Shown: piece by piece, positions 12,700 through 26,200 of the stretch
Layout: each line of letters starts with the position of its first letter
Numbering within the stretch: position 1 is the stretch's first letter
From: Takakia lepidozioides
Lineage: Eukaryota; Plantae; Bryophyta
Length of the DNA stretch: 64,000 nucleotides
NCBI GenBank assembly: GCA_030704615.1
Contig: CM060734.1
Span: forward strand, 63,736,001 to 63,800,000
Direction of reading: 5' to 3'
Notes under the pieces: generated by a model
The model's database searches: none
What the model was told of the DNA's origin: nothing
What the model saw: only the letters and a program-made list of their open reading frames with translations
Made by a program: the position numbers and the translations under genes

Positions 12700-15600
12700 G
12701 TCGTTGGGTCATGAGGGCGAACGAGCACAAAAAAACCCTTTCTCAATATCCTTGAACGGATTCAAGGGTATCATTGGACACTCACACCTAGGGCCACAGT
12801 AAGGTTCTGGAACTTCATCCCATATCTTCCAGTATCTGTGGCTGGATGCCATCCCTCCGATGGTTTGAGGACCAATTTGTTCTCGGCCAAAATCCCTCAA
12901 GAAGCTGAATACGATCCGGAATGTCCTGCATTGGCTTATCAAGTTCGGCGAGAATATTTCCCCAGTATTGGTCATATTGTTCCATCACACCCTGGTAATG
13001 ATCGTCAAGCAACATTCCTTTGGTCCAAAAATCTCTGTATTTCTTAATACCATTTTTTATGAATGACCATTTTTATGAGGAGTCGTCCCCGACTCCCCAT
13101 ATCGGTCTTATTGGAACAACATCTGGGTCTCCTTGAGGTAGATATGGAGTCCCATCAGAATTGGACTTCCACATCTTAACGCTAGAGTTTGTAGGAAGCC
13201 ACTCCGAATCACTAGCTGACTTCTTGTACTTCATAATGGGCCAGCCATCCGCATCCTTAAAAAATCGAAAGACGTGCATCTCTGAGATCCCCACCAAAGC
13301 CTCATTTCCATCATGAATACAACCCTTAACAAACTTCTTGAAGTCGGGAACCTCCTGTGTGATTTGAGGAATGAATTGCATATCTTGGGAGATCATGAAT
13401 GACCTCATCAAATCCGGAAGAATGTAGGTGTTGCGTTCATTTAGCTTCTTCGAGAGATAGCTAAAGAATCCGTCAATATCCTCATGGGTGTGCCCAACCA
13501 TGAGAAAACCAAGCTGGATCTTTTCAAAGACATCTTTGGCAGTGAGGAGAGATAGGAAATCAAGCATCCATTTGTTCTTATTGTCCTTGGAGGAGTTGTC
13601 CATTTGCAAATAAAGTTGTCTAGGAAGTGGTCGAGCACCACATTTATCGTGCGGCCTGCACGGTTTCAGAACCTCCAAACATCTCGATTTACCTCTCATG
13701 AGCGTTTCAAAAAAATCATTTGAACTTCAGTGTCGAAAATGTTCCTGGATTCCCGGCATGTCGGCTTTTCCAGTTGGCGGAGGCACCGAGCCAACGACCC
13801 GATTGTGAAGTTTGAATTGTTTTTCCAGAACTCAAGGGAAAATTAAGCGTAAGCTCCATCTCCGTGTCCGTGCATAACCATTCATGTCAATGAGACAGGC
13901 AACTCACCCAATCCGGAGACCATCTTGTTCGTCGTCTATAGCCTCGGAATAGCCGTTTTCCTATGATCCATCTTATCATGAATAATACATAGGAACTCCT
14001 CCGGAACCATAACGGACTCATTCCTCCAGCTATGGTACAGCCTTTTGCATGACTCTTGATGCCTCAAGTGCAAATCAAGCGCCCGCTTATGTGCGACCTG
14101 TTCGGAACTCCTCTTAATCGACTTCTTGATCAAGTCCTTGAACATCTCGCATTTTGTGCACTGTAGTGTGAATGCAGGGGAGTGACATTGAAAATTTGTT
14201 ACTCGCTCAGATTCTTCATTTCCACAAGAAAGGGGCCCTGGTACCAATGTGAAAATAGGTTGAGTTGTCCCTGCAATTTATTCCATACATGTTTCTAGGT
14301 TACATCATGGGAACGATGGGGAACTCTTGGCCAGGATGAAAGTGGCTAAGCCGTGACCAAGGCGTATTTTTATCCGGACGATGAATGGATTACATCCATG
14401 GTTACTGGATGATTCCCAGGAACGAGGACGAAGGATCCTGTGCCAAGGATGCAATGAATTTGTGATTAACTCTGTTAATGAAACCTAGCACATTTTCCGT
14501 TCGTGAAAGTGGATGACTTTCATCGCTGGCGGTTACCCTAGAAACGTGGGACGAGGAAGACGAAGGGGTAGATGAGGGGGGCTCTGAGCAGATGCTGCAA
14601 ACAGTGGAATTAACAGGGCATTGTGTCAAGGGCGATTGCATCTACGTTGGGGCATCTGGCTTGCATTAAGAGAAGTGTTAATGTAGAGGATAAGGGCACA
14701 GCTTGGTAATCTATGCAACAGGGAAAGCGGTGCCGCCATCTTCTTGGTAATGATCGATTTTTGGAGGATATGCTTACAGGGAGCAATCAGTTAACAGGCG
14801 GTGTCGTCGCTGCTATGGTGAATGGGTAGCTTAGGGCTTGCTGGAGGATAATCGTGCAGGGAATAGCTAGGTAATTTGTGCTCAAGCCAGGTGAAGGGAG
14901 GCGGTGCAGTAATCGTTTCATAGCTTTGAAGAAATGGAGTGTTGCAGGACGATTCATGAAGGGCAAGGGAAGTAATATCATGTGCTACTGACAGAAGTAA
15001 TGAAGGCATAGAGGTGGTGCTGCCTGTGATTCGACCTCTGAAGGTGTAGGAGTTGCGGGGAAAGCAACTTGGTGGAACGGCGGCAGTGTCGTCGTTACTC
15101 TCATGACCACGATGACAGGGAGGATGAACTTGCAAGGGAAACGGCCTGCTGCCAGGGAATAGGAAGGTGGGGTTGCTGGCACAATCAAAGGCTAGTTAAG
15201 GTGAAGGAGCAGCTCGACATGACGAGCATCTGCCAGAGGTAGGGTGTGCAAACTGATACTGCCGCCATTGCATTCATGTGCAATTATTGAAAGCTGCACT
15301 TGTGGGAGAAGCAATTGCTGCCAGATGACGGGCTACGATGGGATTACTGACTTGGCCACATGTTGACTGGTGCAATCGCCAAAATGAGGGCATTGGCTTG
15401 TGGACAATGAATCGGGTTATCTGTAAATAAGGAGGCAAAGAGTGAAATGTACAGAGCAAGATCTTCTTGTTATAAGATCATATCAGATCTTAGGGTAGAT
15501 TAGCAGAGATGGTGGGATAGGGTAGTTAGTTGGCAAGCGACAAGGTTACTGCCATGGGCTGAAGCAGAGCCGTCATGACTCACTGAACGCTTGAATCGAC

Positions 15601-18527
15601 AAATATCTAAAAGGTGGAGTGGCAGAGCGATGACAGGATCTGACATGCATAGATCTTTGTTTTTACAACATGGCATTCAGACGACAAGAGGAGTTAGGGC
15701 AGCTGCTGACAGAGATGGTGAGGTGCCATTTCGGGCAGGCAATCCCACCGCTTCACCTGGAGTATAAGACAGCTAAATTCGTAGATGCATGGCTCTTCTC
15801 TCAGACTTAGGAATAGAGGCTTCTTCTTCTTCCACTTAGTAATAGTTGCTATGGAATTTTGGTAGAGATGCTCTCAATGGAAATGAGAGAGACAAAAAAA
15901 GATTTTGGAAAATGGAATGGGGGCTGATTCTTCTTCTACTGGTGACAATTAGGAGTAGAGATGTTTTGCTAGAGAGGACCTTGGGGAAAAAGTGCTTTGG
16001 AAAATGGAATGGAGACTTCTGGAATTCATACCAGTCCTAGTGGTAGAGAGAAAGTGAGGCAGGATGGAAGTTATGTGGAGTGCTGCAAGAAGTTGGGAAG
16101 TCAGTTCTTAACATAGGATGTTTCCTGTTTGGGAGGATGTGAATGAGGGAGAGTAAAGAAGAAGTGCCCATGACTTACAATGAGGGCAACATGCATATAA
16201 TTAGGTTAGGCAGTAGCATTTTCAGAGAGAATGAATCAGGTGGAAGTAAACCTGCTGGCTGCTGATTGCATGATATACTTAGAAGCATGCAGGGGCTGAG
16301 GCCTGCAACAGAAAAGATCACTTGAGGGTGATTATTGGTAGCCCATTTGTATCTGCAAGAAGGGATTGAGAGGGTTGAAAGTGTCATATGTCCTTGATGC
16401 AAAGGGATGGGGAAAAGAGATCTTGAAAGATGAATGGTGGATCATCAAAGTGAGGCTATGTGTGTGGAAAACCCGGAGCTGGTTGTAGTTGAACCAGTGA
16501 CCACAAAACTTGATGTGTACTTCATGGAACTGGCCTGCCAGTATTATCAAGTGATTGCCTGTCATGGGTGCTGGCTAACCTAATTTTGTGATAATGTATG
16601 TGTTGAAACATTTAGGAAATAGAACCCTGGCATATGCAATACCCTGTTTATAAATGAGCCAAGTTATAAATTAGAGAAACTTCTCAATCCCTGTCCATGT
16701 CTTCTCTTCCGCTGCGACGTGGATGAGGGTACCCAATCTCTGGTCATGAATAGAGTATAAGTAATTACCTGTGGTGTGAGTCATAGGGCAGTAAGTGTAT
16801 ATTTGGGTAAGGAACAATTTAGGAGTTAACTAGAAGGGGATTTATGCCCCCTTCTTTTCACACTACAGCACTTAGCAAAGGTGCTTCATGTTTTCCGAAC
16901 CTCCACGTTAGGAAATATTTGATTCCGTATACGGCTTATAGCTGGCTGCGAGACTCCTTTCAAACCGAGCAGTCTGTTTGTCTGCACCCCAAGTACCCAA
17001 CAATGTCAACATCCACTAGGCAGTGGAGGTTCTATAAAGTGGAAGAACAAGAAAGCATGATGGCATCAAAAAGAATAAAATCATCCACAGCATTTTGAAA
17101 AACGAAAGGGGACAACAAATAAAAGTCACCTCGTTGGACACCTCTCGAATTCTCTTCCAGTTCATTTCAAGTGGCAGAATTCTCAAAGTATCACGACGTC
17201 CCTCTCCAATGCAACGTGTTTTGTGAGGCATAAGTTCAGTATTGGCATTGATAATGAACATAATGTTCCCCTCTGCCTGGAGTGTCCCTAGTCGCGGCCG
17301 CTTGACGCCACGATTTCCGTGGAAAGATGACAAACAGCCCTCTTTACTGAGCTTTTTGTACTCCATGTACGTTGACCTTCCAATTCCGTGTATTATCCAC
17401 CATGCTTTCTCACAAACATCAACACCTTCTATCGTAACATACGACCTGCACGATGACCCATCCATAATGTGAAGTCGTTTTGAAACATTCAATCCAAGTT
17501 CTCTTCTCTCATCGAATGACGAACCCCAAAATGCAGTACGAATTGCCAAGGTTTTTCTCCAATCAAAATACTGGTAGCAGTGAAGCTTGCATCAATGTTT
17601 GCTGCTCACCGACCTCACTTCATCCAAAGTAAGATTTTTCTTGCTCTTTTTTTAGTCCTCCATATTGGATGGATTCTTCTTCCTATTAAAATGCATGTAT
17701 GCTGCTTTCAATACGCCTGTACCATGGTCGTCATTCTCCATGTCATTGCATGATCGTAGGAAATTTTTGAGATCAACGGAGAGTATCTGGCCATTTTCAA
17801 GAAGTCTGGTTTTTGTTAACGGCCATTTCACAATCGACATCAGTGAACCGGACTCTCCAAATATTGTTCTGGTGACCAGAACCCCAACATCGTCCTCTCC
17901 GAGTTTGTCATTCAGAATGATCTCGTTAGGAATGCATGCCTGAATTCGGCCTTCGAACAGGGCGTTTCCGTCCTCCCTAAGAAGAAAACATTGCAAGTTT
18001 CTCCAACATTCTCTCCCCAGACCTGCAGGCAGATCCCCCCCAGTCTCACCGTTGGACGGAATATCATTGCTTTCAGTGCTTTGTCCTTGATAATCACTAC
18101 CTTCTGTGATGGAATGACATCCTGGGTTTCTCGGGGATGATGAATCCACAGTTTCATGAGTGCGAACACATGACACGTCCCACACAACTGGAGTCCCAAT
18201 CGCCTCCTTCAATGCGTCAGCATCCATGTGTCGATAAGGCAGAGGACAGGAGCCGAATGCGTCATCACAAAAGATCAGGGTAACTGAAATGGTGGACGAA
18301 CACAAGTGGTGTCCGTGGCAAGTTCCTTCCCCAGAAACATTCTGGCAATCTCCTGAGGCAACAACTGAAGGAGATCTAGGAAGCGACAAAAACACCCTTT
18401 GGCCTACTTGGAACCCCATGAAGTTAGTAACCTCCATTGGGCAGTGGAGGTCCAGTAAAATCCTATTACTGGACTGAAGATTAACTGAAGGAAAGAAAGA
18501 CGTGCCACCGAAAGGAGAAACAAACAT
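12700..18527 (-). mobile_element. Degenerate Sola-type (DUF7869-like) DDD transposase, spliced
   Basis: Catalytic region IIHDKMDHRKTAIPRL ... LYLQMDNSSKDNKN...FLMVGHTHEDIDGFFS (13073-14247); N-terminal VCEKAWWIIHGI...HGNRG...MPHK (17016-17549) and a 291-aa upstream segment; candidate intron about 14272-17129; stops and frameshifts present. Confidence 0.72.
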
Positions 18528-18551
18528 TTCCGTCTAGGTATATGGAGCTGC

Positions 18552-19049
18552 ATGATGAACAAGAACTTGCAACCTATCCTAAACTTTATGCTACGGGGTC
18601 TTCCTCAGCCGGCATTCGTTATGACTCAGGAAGATTGTATCTCATGTCCTATTTCTGTCCACCCTCAATTTATATCAGGATACGACCCGCCGAGTCTGTT
18701 CTTGAAGCCATTGATGACGGTCTGGCAAAGATTTGGTGGTCAGTTTATCCGGAGTAACACTCTACTTATTGACGATTCTGCTATTAAGTGTGTGTTGAAC
18801 CTACCTGAATCCTGCCTGATTCTAAAATCGTTTGAATCCGTTGACACGGACTCTTGCTATCTCCAGAAGGTTCTCCAGAAATATTTGCTTGAAATGAAGA
18901 AATCTCGCACCGTTTCCAGTTATCTAAGGGAAAAGAGGGTAAGACTTAAGCCTTGTCAGAATGTTTCCACCGATCCCAAGTTTAAGCCTCTCCTGGATTA
19001 TGTTGATGATTCTAATTACGGAAATCTCCGATATGATGCTTCAAAATAA
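18552..19049 (+). pseudogene. FCP1/NIF-like (HAD phosphatase fold) C-terminal fragment
   Basis: LFLKPLMTVW...NTLLIDDSAIKCVLNLPESCLILKSF resembles the NTLLIDDS motif of NIF domains; the N-terminal DxDxT motif is not seen. Confidence 0.55.
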
Positions 19050-20844
19050 AGATTTTATTGATCAACCACATCTTTGATTCAATGTATATTTTTGATTGGT
19101 TTTTCTATAGGTTGTATTGTTTTTCTATAAAAACTGTTGTGTATTGTGATTTCCTTTTCAATCTGAATTGACATGGAATTGTTTGCTATTTCCTTGTCTC
19201 ATCCATGCGTTTCTCCACCCCATACCTTCCCGATCCTCTGAGATACAGGCCTTCTCCGAAACTCATCTCGGGGGCTTTTTCAAATCCGACAACCTCCACT
19301 GTGCAGTGGAGGTTAACCTGTGTCTGTACATTGACGTTGTAAGTTCGATTCTGCAGGTTCATGGCAATGTTGCTGATGCCAACTTCTTGTCGGGACCTCC
19401 ATTGGAATCCTCCATACCAGAAATTCGTCCAAAGAGGGATAACATTTACACTACTGTTGAGATTTCTGTCATCGACGGTGAAGCATCATCCAGGCACTTG
19501 GCTTCCCTTCAATTGCACGACCCTCTTCTTCAGTCCATTCCTGAAAATGATGTTCTGTTGCAGGATTGTTTAGGATTGAATGTCAAAGATGAAAGCCAAC
19601 TTGACAAATGTGCAGGGGATTTCATGGACCTCACTCTACAATCCTCACCCTCCATATTAAGTGTCAAGGGTCCGCAACACACTGTTGCCTCTCTTCCCTC
19701 CTTCTCTCCCCAGCACGAAGGTTGGACAGCCCAAATCAGAAGAAGTCAGGTAAAATTACTTATATCTGAATTCTAACTCGTTCTTTTGTTTTCCTTAGTA
19801 CTGGGTCTGATGTTCTTGTTTTACTCCAGGCTAGAAAATCTACGGATTGTGACATTCCTGTCAAACGACGTCTTCATTGGAAATCTATTCCGAGGTAATC
19901 CCTTCGTTACGTGTGAATTCCATTAGGATGTGGAGTGCTCAAGGGACAATTTTCATTCCGTTCCCCTTCTCCGCAACCCTTTCGACGAGGACAAGGACGA
20001 CTTCAATTGCAACTTCTCGGCTTCCCGACCCTGCAGTGTTCGCGCAATGTTCTGCACCGAGGAAGCGGAATAGGGCCCCCAAACCATTTCCATCTCTTCT
20101 ACAAATCGGTTCCACCGGAGAGAAGTCCTTTGTCAGAGACAAAGCAGACTCGAGGAAGAAAAGGAATACCTCGGACATCCGGGGTCTCGTCAAAACACGT
20201 CCATTGGGATGCCAAGCCCGCCAGCGAGACTTCCCAATAAGGCGAGATCGGTATTATTCGATCATTTCTCCACTTTCTTCTTTTTTCTGTTCGTTTGGTT
20301 ATGCACTAATTAACTCCATCTTTTCTCACCATGCGGGGATGCAGCACGATACCTTCATCAATTTCCCTCCGTACAAGGTACTTTCCTGAACCTCCACTTG
20401 GCAGTGGACGTTCCTCTTCTTAGCAATATTAACCCTCCTCTTGAAACATTCCAAGCCCACAACATTGTGCAGTATTTTGCCATTTTCTACACAATCGTGT
20501 TGATCTTCCATACACTCAATCATTCTGGGTCGTGGGTCTTTTTCATGGCAGAAACACTAATGTCAGTGTGTGATTAACCTGCTCAGGATAACTTTGTCTC
20601 TCATCCTTTACATGCAACAGCAGGGAAGAGGAAATGGATGTTGTTAATTTTGAGTGTCAACGGACTCCTCTGCTACCGGCCACCCCCAACCGGCGGTGAA
20701 CTGTTTAAGGAGAAATTTCCTTTGCAGACAACTTAAATATGGGACGAGGTATTGTAAGTGGCAGAGTAGCGTTGCTGCTACGATCCACTGAGATTCGGCC
20801 TCCTGTCCCAACGATTTGTTATCAAACTATTTTTTGGGGAGCAG

Positions 20845-21525
20845 ACGGTCGAGGGTCTCGGAGACGCAAGGCCCCGAAAATCGCCCAAGTCCTTTTCTGG
20901 GGACCACACGGTCGAGGGTCCCGAATGGTCGAGGGTCTCGGAACCCTACCGCGGACAGCCTCCACCATTGTTGGGGGCTCCTCTCCGGGGGTTCAGGTAA
21001 GGGCGGGACAGTCGAGGGTCTGGGCCCTCGAGCGTCGGGCTGCTCGGGAGGGGGGGCGTGACGGTCGAGGGTCGCGGCCGGCCGGAGACCCTCGACCATC
21101 GTGGAGGATGCGCAGGGCTGAGCCGGTCGAGGGTCTTGTCCCGCGCTCCGGAGACCCCCGAGCACTGGGGCAGGGAGGGCCAGTGCGGTCAGAGGGTCTC
21201 GGCCTGCGCGAGATTGGGCTGCTCCAGGGGGTCGGGACGGTCGAGGGTGCTGTGCCGCGCTCCCGAGACCCTTGACCACCGTGGAGGTTGCGCGGGGCCT
21301 CTGCCGGTCGAGGGTGCTGTCCCGCGCTCCCGAGACCCTCGACCACCGGGGCAGGGAGGGCCGGGACGGTCGAGGGTCGCGGCCGGCCCGAGACCCTCCA
21401 CCAAGTCCGCAGGTTTCGCCCCTCAACGGCTCCCACGCCGTGACCCTCGACCGTCCGCCAGCCGCACTTCCGCCCTCACAAGGGCCACCCTCGACCGTCC
21501 CACCAGCCTGCTCCCCCCTCGACTG
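20845..21525. repeat. GC-rich array of GGTCGAGGGT / ACCCTCGACC inverted motifs, about 60-bp period
   Basis: About 9 forward and 7 reverse copies; forward copies near 21062, 21124, 21186, 21238, 21305 and 21368. Confidence 0.8.
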
Positions 21526-21588
21526 TCCCACCAACCTCCTCGTGGTTGGCTTGGGACTGTTTGGGGTCCATGCGGTCAAAGTCCCCAC

Positions 21589-22247
21589 TATCGCGCACCT
21601 CACTTGGTGAACTCCCCTTCAAGTCATAGTTGCTCCTTTTGATGCGCACGCCTAACTCCCCAACGGGCCGCTGGGCCAACTCGGAGCTTCCGCTGCTCAC
21701 CGGGACATAATGGTCCCCAGGCCCCCCCACCCATCTTGCTCCCCCACGGAACCCACTCTCGCTTTCCGGCTCGCTTGCTCGTTCACTAGCTTTTGGTCGG
21801 TTGACGGGCTTGCACCCTTCGCGGGGTCGCTACCCCTTATATATACTTCTGCAGGTGTCGCGGGGGTCTCACAAACAGCCCATGTCTCTTCTGGCGAACC
21901 ACCACCGTGACCCTCGACTCCCGGTGAGTCTTGGCCCACCCACCACGGCCCCAATGGACCGTGGTGAGCCCCAAGACTCCCACAACTCCCACCACAGGCT
22001 TTAGCCCCACGGTGAGTCCTATGCCACCCCCACTACGACTCCCTATGCTACGACCACCCCCGCTCGGAGCCCCCACCGCAAACCCCGCTTGTGAGGCTCC
22101 CCCTAGTGAGCGCCTCCGCCCCTTGAGCGCCTTCCGTCCTCGAGGGTGCTTCAGCCCCCATTCCTACTGCTGCCGCTGCCCCCACCACAGGGGCGCCCCC
22201 TCTTGTGTCCCGACCCCCCCCCGCCCTTGAGGCAAAGGGCCGCGACA
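21589..22247 (-). mobile_element. Solo LTR (gypsy family related to 42808-47648) with 5-bp TSD CCCAC
   Basis: Reverse-complement homolog of the 42808-43530 LTR; cccac at 21584-21588 and 22248-22252. Confidence 0.85.
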
Positions 22248-22252
22248 CCCAC

Positions 22253-23282
22253 TCGCCGGTTCTAGCGAGCTACGCAGTGCGCGACGCAAACCTACATAGA
22301 TGCCCGTTCTTTTGGCGAAGGCCAAGAAGAGTGCACTGGGAGGAGCTTGAGAGGCTCCACCCCTGGCCGGGACTCGGAGGAAGTCGGTCGAACTAGCTAG
22401 TGGAGAGTAGAGTCGAGTGTGGGGTTTGGTTCTTTGCCATGGGACGCCAAGGTACGGAAACAAACTCCTTGATGTGGGACGCCACAACTTGGATGTTCGT
22501 TTCTACAAAATGGACAAGTCGATGAGGACATCGACTCCCTGTTGGTAGGGGTGTGTGTCGCGGCCCTTTGCTTTGAGGGCAGGGGGTCGGGACACATGAC
22601 GGGCTGCCCCTGTGGTGGGGGCAGCGGCAGCGATAGGTATGGGGGGCTGAAGCACCCTTGAGTGCCCAAGGCACTCAAGGAGGCGGAGGCGCTCACTAGG
22701 TGGAGCCCCGCACACCGGGTTGCGGTGGGGGTGGCTCCACAAGGGGTGGTGGTAGCTTAGCGGGACTTAGTGGGGGTGGCATAGGACTCACCATGGGGGC
22801 GGAGACCTCGTGGTGGGAGTCATGGGGAGTCTTGGGACTCATCACGGTCCATAGGGGCCGTGGTGAGTGGGCCAAGACTCACCGCGACTCATCATCGGGA
22901 GTCGAGGGTTTTCGTGGGGGTTCGCCATAAAATGGCATGGCTGGTTGTGAAACCCCCGCGGACAGCTACAAAAGTATATATAGGGAGTAGTAACCCCGAG
23001 AACGGTGCAAGCCCGTTGGTGACCAAAAACTAGTGAGTAAGCGAGCGAGCCAGAAAGCGACCAAAGAGTGGGGAGCTGTTCCGGACTGCCAAATACCAAA
23101 GGGAATTCCCGCTGGTTCCAAATCGGTGGAGGGTTCTTTGGGAGAACAAAGGGGGACCGTTATGCCCCGGTGAGCAGCCGAAGCTCCAAGTTGGCCCGGC
23201 GGCCAGGTTGGAAGTCAGGCGCGCGCATCAAAGCGAGTAACTATGACTTGAGGGGGAGCTTACCGAAGTGAGGTACGCGATA
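22253..23282 (+). mobile_element. Gypsy 3' UTR, PPT and 3' LTR (22556-23282) abutting the RNase H region of another element
   Basis: 22320-22555 matches 46689-46924; the LTR begins tgtcgcggccc and ends gcgata (CA>TA). Confidence 0.85.
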
Positions 23283-26200
23283 TTCAAGGTTTTTGTGATC
23301 GGTGTAGACAGTGATATGATGTTTAACCCCTTCTCATAGATGACGCCACTCCTCAAAAGCATCAATAATCGCTAGAAGTTTTTTGTCATGGATTTCATAA
23401 TTGATTTCTGCAGCAATAATTTTCGAGAGCGAAAACCAACAGGGTGAAGTTGGCCATCCGTACCGTATTGAGATAACACAACGCCAAGTGCAAAGCCCGA
23501 TGCATCTGCTTCCAAGAAGAATGGTTTGAATGGGTCGGCATGTACCAGAATTGGGACCATTGTAAATGTTTGTTTCAGTCTTTCAAATGCATGGTCAGCC
23601 TTCTCGTCCCATATAAACTCGTCTTTCCCTGTAAGTCGTATCAATGGTGCAGCAATTTTGGAGTAGTCATTGATGAAGATCCTGTAAAAATTTGCAAACC
23701 CTAGAAAACATTGTATATCTCGAATCGAAGTTGGTTTAATCCACTCGATGATGGTTTGTATTTTCTTCTGATCCATAAAGACGCATTTATCGAAAATAAT
23801 GTAGCCCAGGAATTCGACCTCAGATTGATGGAAAAGACATTTTTCCAACTTGACATATAGTCATCTTTCTCTTAATTTATCAAGGACAAAGCGTACATGA
23901 CGGCCATGTTCTTCTTCATTCTGCGAAAATATCAAAATATTGTCCAAAGAGATGATTACAAAGTCATCTAAAAATTCTCGAAAGATGTCATTCATCATAT
24001 CTTGGAAAATTACTGGAGCATTTGTAAGACCAAAAGACATAACACTGTATTCAAAATGTCCATACCTTGTTCGAAAAGCTATTTTCCATTCGTCTCCTTC
24101 TTTTATCCGTATAAGGTTATAAGCCCATCTCAAGTCAATTTTGGTAAGTTACATCTTCGCTCGTCCAAGCTGATCGAGAAGCCCAAAAATCAGTGGCAAC
24201 GGATAACGATTATTAATTGTGACTTTGTTGAGATCGCGATAGTCTACACACATGCATAATGATCCGTCATTCTTTTTCACAAATAAGATAGGCGCATGTG
24301 ATTTTGTATGTCGGATGAAATTCTTCAACAAATTTTCATCAATGTATTCGCGTAATGCAGCCAACTCCGTCTGGGATAAGTTATGGATTGGGCCGAATAG
24401 TGGTTGGGCTCCTTCTTGTAACTCAATTGCACAATCATAATGTCGATGTTCTGACAATATGTCTGTATTTTTCTTCTCGAAGACATCATTGAAATCTTGA
24501 TATTGAGTGGGTAATGTTGAAGTACATTTGTCTATTGTGGTCTTGATCGAAGTCGCATAAAGTGCAAATGTCGCATCTTTTTTGGTACCTCTCATAATGG
24601 TTTTAGCTCCAAGGAACAGAGGTTGAATACCTTTGATATTTCTACATTTCTGTCTTGCAGAAATTTTTCGCGATCGTCAGTTGATGTCAGGATTGTGAAA
24701 TACGAACCAGGGAAGTCCAATGATCACAGGATTCGTTGGAAACTGGATAATGTTGAAAATAATATGTGATGCTTGATCTTTAAGCTTCACTTCAAGTGGT
24801 TGAGTTTCATGGTCAACATTTCTGATGCTAATGGTCGTCCATCGAAGACTTCAATGGGGGCCGATAATTTCTTCTTTACGAGCGTTAAATTGCGTTGTTT
24901 CGCAAAGTTTTTGTCATTAAAACATGCTGAAGCCCCCTGAGTCCAAAAGTGCTTCTATAGAGATATTTTGATTTTGCACTCTGATTTTAATCGGAACTGT
25001 GAAGCAAGTTGCGGGGTCTGGACGTAAAAAAAGATTTTTTTTTTAAAGAATTTGTGGTGTCCAGCCGCATGGTCCCTACTGTGATTGGACATCTTTGTTT
25101 TCCGACCTCCTCGTATCGAACATTTGAGTTGCGTCCCAAGCCTTGAATTTTTGTCTTGTTGGGGCAGTTTAATGTTATATGATCTTCTTCTCCGCAATAG
25201 AGACATAATCACTCCGAGCGTCGTCTTTGCTTTTCTTGTGGCGTCAATGGCTTGAATCGAACAACATCAATCTGCATAGGATCACTACCAGATGTCTGAT
25301 GTATCGTTGTATTTGGTGTCATAATAGTAGAGGCATGGTGCATCATTTACCATCTAGATCGCTTCTCTTGAAGTCTTTCGAACAAACAATTATCGCATGC
25401 AACGATTTGGGTGATGAATTCGCTCAGGGTACTAACGTTTGACATTGTCAGCAACAAATCTTTTACAACTTCCTTTAGTTCACATCAAAACTGACTAATG
25501 AGCTATTCTCATTCCAGTCGAGGTCGCATGCAAGTTGTCGAAATTCAGCAGCATAAACGGAAGTAGGACGCGCTTATTATCGAGGATTTCGCATATTTGT
25601 CTTTGCAACTCTCTCCCTATCATTTTCTCCAAATGTTACAGTGAACTGGACATAAATGCTTCAAAATTGTATAGTACATGCAAATTTTTCTAAGAGAGGT
25701 GCAAACCAAGATAGGGCAGTGCATGATATAAAGGTGCCCATAAATCCCACCTGAATACCTTCATCGGGATAGCATTGTGGATATAGTCGTAGGAACAATC
25801 ATACTTATTGAACAAAACCGCGAAATCTTGATCTTGTCCCATCAAATTTCTCGGGCATGCTGATCTTTGGTTCTCTCGTAATCTGTTGAAGATGAACCGT
25901 TGCAGTAAGGACTCGTATGGTTGAAGATCCATGTTTCGACTCCTTTAACTCTGAAATTTGTTGTTGCAAATTGTGGAGAACATTACCAATTTCTTGAGAC
26001 TGATCAGCATGTAATTGGACGGTAGAGGTACAAAGTTCTTGCATCTGGAGCTGAAGACTCTGCAAGGGGCCGACCATTTTCGTAAATGTGCCTTCCATTT
26101 TAACTAATTAAAGAACAAATTTTAGTCTCGCCAAACTGTCAAGGACGAGAGCATGACTGAACGCAAACAAGATATCAGACTTAGATGTACAAGACTATAC

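Noticed and set aside
14300-16900. Independent gene or nested element inside the Sola intron
   Set aside because: Only short low-complexity ORFs; no termini or domains could be identified by eye.
20845-21525. CRISPR-like array
   Set aside because: Eukaryotic context, repeats in both orientations, spacers related to each other, and no cas genes.
20739-23271. Many overlapping GC-rich ORFs (also in the 42.8-kb and 47-kb LTRs and antisense to the PPR and pol genes)
   Set aside because: They are by-products of GC-rich repeats and LTRs or antisense shadows, with no recognisable domains.
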